Positions 56,639 to 64,000 of a stretch of 64,000 nt of DNA are shown piece after piece. Numbering within the stretch: position 1 is the stretch's first letter; the number at the start of each line of letters is the position of its first letter. This DNA comes from Candidatus Micrarchaeia archaeon (GTDB lineage: Archaea; Micrarchaeota; Micrarchaeia; CAILAH01), in contig JAVZCB010000006.1 of assembly GCA_038874595.1 (NCBI GenBank), forward strand, positions 9,599-73,598. Direction: 5' to 3'. The position numbers and the translations under genes were made by a program. Under the pieces are notes generated by a model. It made no database searches, had not been told where the DNA came from, and saw only the letters and a program-made list of their open reading frames with translations.

Positions 56639-57228
56639 AGGAGACAATCAAAGCATACGATGGGTATGCAGACTACTACATATCAAGGCACGCGAAGTGG
56701 GATGAGGTTGAGAAGTATAAGCGTTATTTTATTTCCAGATTGCCCGCAGGGGGCAGTATATTGGATGCGGGCTGCGGCCCCGGCAGGGACTTGAATTATT
56801 TCATCTCAAAAGGGTACAATGCAATAGGTATTGATTTATGCAGCAGTTTTATTAAGTATGTAAAGCGCAACAGGCTGCCAGCCGTCAGGATGGATATGCG
56901 CACCTTAAAATTTCCGGATAACTATTTTGATGGCATATGGTGCTGTGCCTCATTCTTTCATATCCCTTCTGAAGATGCTGACATGGCATTGCAGGAATTC
57001 AACAGGGTACTGAAACCAAAAGGGGTTATTTTCATATCTGTAAAACAAGGCAGGGGGGAAAGGTTTATCCAGAAAGATGTGTACAAAAAAGGCACACATA
57101 TGTTTTACAGGTTTTATACGAGGAAAAGCATTACGGAATTGCTTGACAAGAATGGCTTTGAACCTATTAATGTCTGGACTGAGACAACAAGAAGCAAGTG
57201 GGTCTCGGTAATTGCAGTAAAGAAGTAA
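56608..57228 (+). CDS. class I SAM-dependent methyltransferase (paralog 2)
   Basis: SILDAGCGPGRDLNYF, FDGIWCCASFFHI, LKPKGVIFISV. Overlaps paralog 1 by 31 nt. Confidence 0.85.
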   Translation: MASVPDEKKVKETIKAYDGYADYYISRHAKWDEVEKYKRYFISRLPAGGSILDAGCGPGRDLNYFISKGYNAIGIDLCSSFIKYVKRNRLPAVRMDMRTLKFPDNYFDGIWCCASFFHIPSEDADMALQEFNRVLKPKGVIFISVKQGRGERFIQKDVYKKGTHMFYRFYTRKSITELLDKNGFEPINVWTETTRSKWVSVIAVKK

Positions 57229-58089
57229 TTAATTGGTTACATATTTATACGCTGCAAACGTTAGAACGCTTATTAGAAATATTAAACCACCTGCACACGC
57301 ACCACTTTTTTCTGTTTCATCATCGATTTTTTGTATGCCGCCTATACCTTTGCTGTCACTCGAAATAACCATCTGATTGTTTGTAAGCACTATTGATTTT
57401 CCATATTTGTCAGTAACCGTTACTTCCCCCTCAACAACTTTTACAGTGGTTTCCCCCTTAGCATTATCGTATGCTACATGGAATTTTGTACCTTTCACAC
57501 CTGTTGAAGTTGCACCCGATTTAACCCTAAATATAGTATCCCCTCTCTTTGTTACATCCGAAAAGATTGCTCCCTTAGCAAGCTCAATTATCACATCAAA
57601 CGTTGTAAGGTTTTTCCTCTTTAATTCCTTCATCTCAAGCTCGGTGTTCTCATCCATATACACCTTTGAGCCATCAGCAATATTCATTGTTATCTTACCA
57701 TCGCTTCCTGTTTTTACTGCCGATTTCTCATTTATAGGTATCTCAGTTACAATGCGTGCCCACTCACCGTTTGGCATCCGCAGGTATACATTCCCGGAAA
57801 AGCTAGCAAGCTTGGCAAATGCATTTTCAGTACCCCCTTTACCAACACCTACAACCGGCCCCTGTCCTTCCGCAGGGCAATAGCATATGCATGGCTCACC
57901 CTGTGGGCATTCGCAGGATACATATGCATGTGCTTTTTCGCTCCAGCTGCCTGTACAGCTTGAAATACACGGTATCCCATTCACACCGCCGCATAAGAAG
58001 CAGTCTTTTGAGCCTGCCGGGCAGCTCCCAGCATATGCAAAAGAGACGAATATGGAAATGATTATTAACCAAACTACAGCTGGTCTCAT
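57229..58089 (-). CDS. exported Cys-rich + FecR-like protein with a Cys-Gly C-terminal anchor
   Basis: Signal VVWLIIISIFVSFAYAGSC. Cys-rich head, then FecR-like GNVYLRMPNGEWARI...VKTGSDGKITMNIADGSKVYMDENTELE. C-terminus SGACAGGLIFLISVLTFAAYKYVTN. Confidence 0.6.
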   Translation of the reverse strand: MRPAVVWLIIISIFVSFAYAGSCPAGSKDCFLCGGVNGIPCISSCTGSWSEKAHAYVSCECPQGEPCICYCPAEGQGPVVGVGKGGTENAFAKLASFSGNVYLRMPNGEWARIVTEIPINEKSAVKTGSDGKITMNIADGSKVYMDENTELEMKELKRKNLTTFDVIIELAKGAIFSDVTKRGDTIFRVKSGATSTGVKGTKFHVAYDNAKGETTVKVVEGEVTVTDKYGKSIVLTNNQMVISSDSKGIGGIQKIDDETEKSGACAGGLIFLISVLTFAAYKYVTN

Positions 58090-58176
58090 GACTAGATATA
58101 CACACTTTGTTTTTAAAATTTTATATTGATTTTAACAGGCGCATCAGCTTATAAAATTACAAAGTATTTATTGCAT

Positions 58177-59331
58177 ATGCGTGAAGCTGAGCGCATAGTT
58201 TTATTCATAGTTACAACCATTATAATCATACTCATCGCATTTGTTCTGGCTAGCCAACCTGTTATTTTAGAATCACAAAAAGCAAAAGAGATGCGTGCGC
58301 TCGTAGAGAGCTCGTCCCCGCTGGATACATCTCTCGCCAGAAAGGAAGTACTGCTGAAAGTTGATGAGTTTGCAATATCTACATTCCCATTTAGCAGTAT
58401 CCTAAGAAGTGTTTATTCATCTGAGTTTATGCAATTCTTCCATTCCAGGATAACAAAAGCCATCTCTGAAATCAGAGCTGCAAAAGTGCCAGCCGGTAAA
58501 GTACGCGTTTGGTACCTGTATAATATGGGGGTGGTTGCCAAGTCCGCGAATATCACGATAGGGTTTGATATTGGAGGCACATGGCTTGACCCGTCAATTG
58601 GAGAGCTTTCAAAAGATCTAGATGTATTGGTGATTACACATAACCACGCGGACCATTTCGACCCGGCAGTTGTCAAGGGTGTGCTCCAAAAAGGCGGCAT
58701 AGTAATTTTCCCCGGTGAGAAAGTATCTATAAGGGAGATTACATCAAGCGATGGCCTGCGGAAGACATACCTGATTGATAGGGATGAAAACGGTATCGAG
58801 CCGGCCGAGGCACTTGAAAAGATTTACGGAATCAGCCCGAAAAACGTAGTATTTCTGAAATCCGGCGAGACAGTTGATATCAGGGGCGTGCGTATAACTT
58901 CATATGCCGCAAAGCATTATGTTGATTGGGAACTGGATACAAAATGGGAGATTCTCCGCAATACTTCTGTCTCTTGGTTTTATGTGAACATTTCAAACAG
59001 GACTATTTTACATACGGGTGATGGGTATCTATTATATCGCGAAAAGGATTACGAGAGACTTGGAAATATGCCGATTGACATTATGATAATACATTATCCT
59101 GATGATCGTGCACTTGAGAAGTACTCTAGCTCACTTCATAAAGTGAAGCGAATAGTACCACTGCACCTTTACGAGTTTGGTCATGGATTGGAAGAGGTGT
59201 CCCTGAATATGCGATACAAACAAGCTCTTGAAAATTATGATAATGGGAAGCTCAGGTTTGCAGTTAGAAATATCGCCACTAACATCTCATACACTCCAAT
59301 GATTTGGGGTGAACATATAGATATTGGGTAG
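58177..59331 (+). CDS. membrane-anchored MBL-fold metallo-hydrolase
   Basis: N-terminal TM IVLFIVTTIIIILIAFVLA. LVITHNHADHFD is HxHxDH. TATA-like CTTATAAAAT lies 20-28 nt upstream of ATG 58177. Confidence 0.7.
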   Translation: MREAERIVLFIVTTIIIILIAFVLASQPVILESQKAKEMRALVESSSPLDTSLARKEVLLKVDEFAISTFPFSSILRSVYSSEFMQFFHSRITKAISEIRAAKVPAGKVRVWYLYNMGVVAKSANITIGFDIGGTWLDPSIGELSKDLDVLVITHNHADHFDPAVVKGVLQKGGIVIFPGEKVSIREITSSDGLRKTYLIDRDENGIEPAEALEKIYGISPKNVVFLKSGETVDIRGVRITSYAAKHYVDWELDTKWEILRNTSVSWFYVNISNRTILHTGDGYLLYREKDYERLGNMPIDIMIIHYPDDRALEKYSSSLHKVKRIVPLHLYEFGHGLEEVSLNMRYKQALENYDNGKLRFAVRNIATNISYTPMIWGEHIDIG

Positions 59332-59351
59332 TCCAATTTTTTGTTAATGGT

Positions 59352-59798
59352 TTACTCATTCTCAATAAATTCCCTTATGTATTTTTCAGATAAGCCGACA
59401 TCCCTTGCACCCTCGAGAACAACATTTTTATAGTTCTCGCTTGGTTTTCCTATTTTTAATGGTGCTCTCAAATATGCAAAAGCATGATAAATATTCCCAT
59501 CATCACCAATACACTCGATATTCTTTTTCTGATAAGCTGTAGGAAACCCTTCATACCAATCTAACGCTTTTTCACATTTATCATCTATCTCAAAGATCGC
59601 ACCCTCTACAATATCACCAGTAGATTCAACTATATTAGCAACAGCCCCTCTTGATGTTATAGAATTCCCATCATAAACAAACTTGTATCCAAACAATTTT
59701 GCCTTTGTTATGAACGTGGCACCCGGGCATCTTTTGCGCATTTGCCCCAAATTCATATTAGAACCGTATGCAAAGTAAAATTTACTCATTATAATCAC
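59352..59798 (-). CDS. gamma-glutamylcyclotransferase (AIG2/GGCT-like)
   Basis: FYFAYGSNMNLGQMRKRCP ... GAIFEID ... LDWYEG. Confidence 0.8.
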   Translation of the reverse strand: MIIMSKFYFAYGSNMNLGQMRKRCPGATFITKAKLFGYKFVYDGNSITSRGAVANIVESTGDIVEGAIFEIDDKCEKALDWYEGFPTAYQKKNIECIGDDGNIYHAFAYLRAPLKIGKPSENYKNVVLEGARDVGLSEKYIREFIENE

Positions 59799-59838
59799 CC
59801 AATCGTTTACGAATGATCTTCATATGCGTTAATTTATT

Positions 59839-60291
59839 CTATTTATTTACCGCATAAAGACCATAGAACCCTAAAACAAACAGGATCAAATATGCAGGGC
59901 CGGGGCATTGCCTTTCTACTTCGCCGCAATCAAATGCAGCCCATCTCATACACTCATCTGCAGAACTATAGCAAGCCATCATTTCATTCTGTTGGCAATC
60001 AAACTTATCATTGCCAGAAGATACCTCAGATATGCATTTTGATAATTTTGCCACGCATTCTTGTGGAGCATTGCATTCCCCTGCATAGTATTTTGCACTC
60101 ATGATTGGGTATTGTGCGCTTAGGCATGATAACCCGCTTGTTTTATACATATCCGAACATGTTTTATCCATTTTTCCTTTCTCATCAAATTTGCAGTTTG
60201 CGCATGCATTTTTGTATGCATCAAGAGAACAACCTGCCGTGACAACATTAAGCAGGAATATAACACCTAGAATAATCACGATATATTTCAT
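59839..60291 (-). CDS. Cys-rich exported protein with a Cys-Pro-Gly C-terminal anchor
   Basis: Signal MKYIVIILGVIFLLNVVTAGCS, about 14 Cys, C-terminus ERQCPGPAYLILFVLGFYGLYAVNK. Confidence 0.55.
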   Translation of the reverse strand: MKYIVIILGVIFLLNVVTAGCSLDAYKNACANCKFDEKGKMDKTCSDMYKTSGLSCLSAQYPIMSAKYYAGECNAPQECVAKLSKCISEVSSGNDKFDCQQNEMMACYSSADECMRWAAFDCGEVERQCPGPAYLILFVLGFYGLYAVNK

Positions 60292-60317
60292 ACCAAAGAG
60301 TATAAACAAAAAATATT

Positions 60318-61154
60318 TTAATTCCTCGCAGCCCATTTTTCCATATCATAGAGGACCAACATTTCACAATCTGAATTGCCTTTGCACTCCTTGAGCAGGA
60401 ACACGCCGTCAGATTCCATTGCCTTGTTCCATCTGGCCCAGCCGATACACCTATACTTCCAATCTATACTGCTTATGCTATCACAATAACTCTCATCACC
60501 AGTTACCATCGCCAGGCACGTGGCTTTTGAATCTGCTTCACCGCCACCGGAAGCAGGCTTAAACTGGTCGCATGCCCTTTTATCCCGTTTTATTTTAGCA
60601 TAATCCATCAAACACGTATACCCGTCTTTACACTGCTCTAGAGTTATTTGTCCTTTCTCCATTTTGATGTCAGCTTCACAGTTAGCTGGGCTCTTTGATT
60701 TTTCGCAATATTTTGAGTCAAGTGTTGCAACAGCATAATGCTTGTAACAATCAGTCGATATCGTCAGGTTTACTACTTTTCCATCCTTAACGCCAGTAAC
60801 GTAAGGATTAACAGAATCGCATAACGACGGTTGTTTCTTAACCGCAGCTATCATCGATTCACAAACCTCCTTCTCACCGTGCTGCCTCTGCAACTCGCAC
60901 TTCTTCATATCCATCCCGAAAACCGCTTCACACATCTGTCTCCACCGTGTTGTCTTTATGTTTGGGCAGAGTGAGAGCATATACTGTGGTGCATTAACAA
61001 GTGAGCCGGTTAAGCTTGATTTATCATCAACAGAACCAGAATCCTGTTTTACGGACATACCATCAGATTGCTTCTCATCAGTGCCCGGTTGTGTTATAGG
61101 GCAGCTGAATAAAATAACCAGGAGAATACCGCAACAAACAAGCTTATCGATCAT
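60318..61154 (-). CDS. Cys-rich exported (possibly lipid-anchored) protein
   Basis: N-terminus LVCCGILLVILFSCPI is lipobox-like. More than 20 Cys are spread through repeated ...C..(K/S)....C... modules. No C-terminal TM. Confidence 0.55.
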   Translation of the reverse strand: MIDKLVCCGILLVILFSCPITQPGTDEKQSDGMSVKQDSGSVDDKSSLTGSLVNAPQYMLSLCPNIKTTRWRQMCEAVFGMDMKKCELQRQHGEKEVCESMIAAVKKQPSLCDSVNPYVTGVKDGKVVNLTISTDCYKHYAVATLDSKYCEKSKSPANCEADIKMEKGQITLEQCKDGYTCLMDYAKIKRDKRACDQFKPASGGGEADSKATCLAMVTGDESYCDSISSIDWKYRCIGWARWNKAMESDGVFLLKECKGNSDCEMLVLYDMEKWAARN

Positions 61155-61226
61155 TTAATCACTGATATAGAAAATGCGATGTTATCTATAAAAGTGTATC
61201 TTTGATAGGTTTGATGTTAGTATTGC

Positions 61227-63143
61227 TCATAGAAGCGTATCTGCACTTACGAAATCCAGGTCATACTGGTTTTTACTTTGCTTTTTTGTGTAAGATTGTG
61301 TATAGAGAGTATCAGGCAGCTCAGTAATAAACTGTGAAACCTGCATATCCTCATCACCACGTAGCGATTTATCACTTAAAGGCACACACAGCTCCAGTGT
61401 TTTACGCGCGCGGCTGCACCCCACATAAAACAATCTCCTCTCCTCTTCCAGTGCAGAGGTGTTATTAAGTGCGTGCTTGCTAGGGAACCTACCCTGTACC
61501 AGCCCGATTATGAACACGTGGTCCCATTCAAGGCCTTTGGCCTGGTGCACAGTTGATATAACTACACACTGGCCCAGCTCTTCCTTGGTTGCAAGGTTAG
61601 CATCCAGTAACGAATCCTCAAGAAACGCATCTGTAGAGTGGTATGATGAGAGTATATGCAGCAGCTGTTCAAGGTCCTGCCTCCTATCATCAAAATCATC
61701 CTGGTAATTCCGTTTAAGGTAACTAATATAAAACATATCCAAGAACTTCTGTGCAGCCGCCACAGGCGATTCGTTAACACCGGTAAGTATAGATTTGATT
61801 AAGTCAAGTTTAGGGTTATTAATTGCAAGTATCACGTTTAACGGGTCTGTTGACATTCTAATTTGTTCGAATACTTTCTTTACAGTCTTCTCACCTATCC
61901 CGTCAAATAGTTTAAGGAACCGTGACCATGCCAACTCATCAGTCATATTGCTTGATATCTTCAGGTATGCTATAACATCTTTTATGTGCGCCTGCTCAAA
62001 AAACTTCAGCCCGCCTAGTTTAACATATTTTATGCCAAGCTTGGATAGCTGAACCTCCAGGTGTGCAGATTGGTAGTTTGAGCGGTAGAGCACGGCAATC
62101 TCTGAAGGTGGCACACCTGCACCTAGCAATGCGGATATTTTTTTAGAGATGTATTCTGCCTCAGACCGACCATTATCAAAGAAGTGTACTGCCGGCGTAT
62201 CATTTGTATCACTGCCAAGCACCGGCTCGAGCCGCTTATCAAATTTGATTTTATTGCGTTTTATTATCTCATTGATAAGAGTAACGATGCGTGGGCAGCT
62301 CCTGTAATTCTCTGTCAGATAGAAAACGCTAACGTTAGGGAATACGTCTCCAAATTTGAGCATATTTCGTATCTCCGCAGCCCTGAAAGAGTATATGCTC
62401 TGGCAATCATCACCCACAACGAACAGGAAGTTATCTTCGGAGTGCATTTTTCTTATGATCTCAAACTGGATACGGTTCGTATCCTGGAACTCATCAACAA
62501 ATATATGCGTAAACCTGTTGTGAAATTCATTCCTGAACACATCATCATCTAGCAGCTCATTAAAATAAGTTAATAGGTCATCAAAATCCATAACATTGGA
62601 TTGCTTTTTCCGTGTAGCATACTCTTCCCAAACCTGCTGGATTAGTTTGGTGTTTTCCTTGTATCCTTTATAGTATGCTTCAAGATAAGAAGAGAGTGAG
62701 CTGCCAGAGTTCCTGCAGTATGATATGATTTTTTGTAGTGTTTCAGCTTTAGGTAGCTTATGCACATACCCACCGAAACTCTCACGCAATATACTCTTAA
62801 TCAGCGTTATTGAATCATCCTCATCTATAATAGAATAGTTTGGCCTGTACCCAAACCTATATGCATGCTTGCGCAGGAACCTGTTAGCAACGTGATGGAA
62901 CGTCCCACCCAGGATGCTTGTTTTCTTATTGAGCATCTTATCTATCCTGTCAACCATGTTTTGTGCGGCCTTATTCGTGAACGTTAGAAGAAGTATTGAA
63001 TCTTCAGGAACACCATCTTTGAGCGCTTTTAACACCTTATGCACGAGCACGCGTGTCTTGCCTGAGCCCGGCCCTGCAATTACAAGCATAACCTTATCAT
63101 CACGCTCAACTATCTCCTTCTGCATAGTGCTTAAGCCGTGCAT
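61227..63143 (-). CDS. UvrD/Rep/PcrA-family superfamily 1 DNA helicase
   Basis: VIAGPGSGKTRVLVHKV (motif I), IFVDEFQDTN (II), YRS, VISTVHQAKGLEWDHVFI, LFYVGCSRAR (VI). Confidence 0.88.
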   Translation of the reverse strand: MHGLSTMQKEIVERDDKVMLVIAGPGSGKTRVLVHKVLKALKDGVPEDSILLLTFTNKAAQNMVDRIDKMLNKKTSILGGTFHHVANRFLRKHAYRFGYRPNYSIIDEDDSITLIKSILRESFGGYVHKLPKAETLQKIISYCRNSGSSLSSYLEAYYKGYKENTKLIQQVWEEYATRKKQSNVMDFDDLLTYFNELLDDDVFRNEFHNRFTHIFVDEFQDTNRIQFEIIRKMHSEDNFLFVVGDDCQSIYSFRAAEIRNMLKFGDVFPNVSVFYLTENYRSCPRIVTLINEIIKRNKIKFDKRLEPVLGSDTNDTPAVHFFDNGRSEAEYISKKISALLGAGVPPSEIAVLYRSNYQSAHLEVQLSKLGIKYVKLGGLKFFEQAHIKDVIAYLKISSNMTDELAWSRFLKLFDGIGEKTVKKVFEQIRMSTDPLNVILAINNPKLDLIKSILTGVNESPVAAAQKFLDMFYISYLKRNYQDDFDDRRQDLEQLLHILSSYHSTDAFLEDSLLDANLATKEELGQCVVISTVHQAKGLEWDHVFIIGLVQGRFPSKHALNNTSALEEERRLFYVGCSRARKTLELCVPLSDKSLRGDEDMQVSQFITELPDTLYTQSYTKKQSKNQYDLDFVSADTLL

Positions 63144-63243
63144 GAATAGATTGGTACTTATAATCCTTATTTAATTTATTTGTGGTTGGTTTCCTGGCAG
63201 TAACAATTTAAATTATGGGTGAGATTCTGGTGGTATAGGGTTC

Positions 63244-63732
63244 TTGAAAGGTAATTTAATGCCTGCACCATTGGAAGTACACTCGCTATGCTTGCTGGGG
63301 ATTATGCTGGCAGTTTATGTTTCATTTAAACTGAAGTACCGCTTACTGGCAGAGCACCTCCCATACCTGCTTTTATTTGGCATCTCAGGGATACCGGATA
63401 TGCTTGCAACAGTTGAGTTTGCATACCTGCGGCCAGAGCTTGAGGCCAACATTCTTGCCAGGATGTTTTTAGGGATACCTTATTTAATGCCAATAGGTGT
63501 TTTTCTGTGGGTTTTAGTGTGGCTGTCAATCGCAGAATTTCTCGGCAGGAAAAGTAGCATACTACCAAAAATCGTACTGGGCGGGCTTTTCATAGGGCAC
63601 TTGCTCGGAGTTAGCACTTGGATTAAGTATATGGATTTAAGCATGTTATTATTGATGTTTGCAGTAAGTGCATTTGTATTGGGTATTATGCTTGTTATGG
63701 TGAATGCGTATGGGAAGGTTAAGCAACAGTGA
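63244..63732 (+). CDS. hypothetical polytopic membrane protein
   Basis: 162 aa with about 4-5 TM helices. TTG 63244 or ATG 63259. TATA-like CAATTTAAATTAT at 63204-63216. Confidence 0.45.
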   Translation: MKGNLMPAPLEVHSLCLLGIMLAVYVSFKLKYRLLAEHLPYLLLFGISGIPDMLATVEFAYLRPELEANILARMFLGIPYLMPIGVFLWVLVWLSIAEFLGRKSSILPKIVLGGLFIGHLLGVSTWIKYMDLSMLLLMFAVSAFVLGIMLVMVNAYGKVKQQ

Positions 63733-64000
63733 GATAAAAGACCTTATTAAAGCAGGTCTAGACATATCAAAAAACGATATCGTAGATGTTGTGGAATTTG
63801 AAGGTGTCAGGGTAATGCGCGTTAACGGCAAGTATGCATTTTTCAGTTATAATGATAAATGGATACCAACACTGAGAAGGGTTTATGAGAAAGGGCTTAC
63901 GCTGAAATCTGTTTATGTTGATGTTGGCGCAATTAAATTTGTAGCTAACGGTGCAGATGTGATGCGGCCCGGGATAGTAAAAGTTGATGACGGGATACTT
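63704..64000 (+). CDS. PUA-domain RNA-binding protein, N-terminal 99 aa (runs off the right edge)
   Basis: Absent from the track because no stop lies in the window. My translation reads MRMGRLSNSEIKDLIKAGLDISKNDIVDVVEFEGVRVMRVNGKYAFF...VYVDVGAIKFVANGADVMRPGIVKVDDGIL, a pre-PUA/PUA pattern. Confidence 0.6.
   Translation, partial: MRMGRLSNSEIKDLIKAGLDISKNDIVDVVEFEGVRVMRVNGKYAFFSYNDKWIPTLRRVYEKGLTLKSVYVDVGAIKFVANGADVMRPGIVKVDDGIL

Noticed and set aside
50154-57300. Search for a RiPP precursor peptide gene near the rSAM cassette
   Set aside because: The intergenic gaps (50154-50274, 51541-51600, 55991-56047) are short and contain no plausible small ORF with a start context. None is called. A dedicated small-ORF conservation search is still needed.
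43964-61226. Calling the AT-rich block an integrated virus, plasmid or genomic island (mobile_element)
   Set aside because: No integrase, transposase, capsid, terminase or replication genes were found. There is no flanking tRNA or terminal direct repeats that I could see. Only compositional and functional oddity is present, so it is reported as a finding and not as a feature.

Overview
The window reads as an archaeal chromosome segment. I infer a small-genome, DPANN-like lineage. Support: aEF-1alpha-S10, the proteasome-SBDS-Rrp4/41/42 exosome superoperon, Nop5, archaeal DnaG, eukaryote-like TrpRS/IleRS/GlyRS, class III (pilin-type) signal peptides, ATATTTAAAT-type TATA boxes just upstream of start codons, and GGTG Shine-Dalgarno sites inside operons. 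About 1-43 kb is GC-richer housekeeping sequence. About 44-61 kb is visibly AT-richer accessory sequence encoding Cys-rich exported proteins and one unusual enzyme cassette. All three tRNA genes carry introns (four in total): tRNA-Gly has two, and two of the four sit in the T-loop. Leads, strongest first: (1) a translationally coupled cassette at 51.6-56.0 kb (HPrK-like P-loop protein, radical SAM/SPASM enzyme, amidohydrolase-HAD fusion) sharing a divergent promoter with two tandem SAM methyltransferases; (2) a recurrent C-terminal Cys-x-x-Gly + TM + basic-tail motif on six exported proteins, resembling an unassigned sorting signal; (3) a GC-rich, ORF-free, highly self-complementary ~260-nt block at 7.7-7.96 kb, a candidate structured RNA; (4) nested copies of the tRNA-Asn 3' end downstream of that gene; (5) a surface-protein gene broken at a G6 run. 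Many ORFs in the supplied track are antisense artefacts. No rRNA, CRISPR array, integrase or transposase was seen. All calls come from reading the sequence by eye; nothing was computed or searched.
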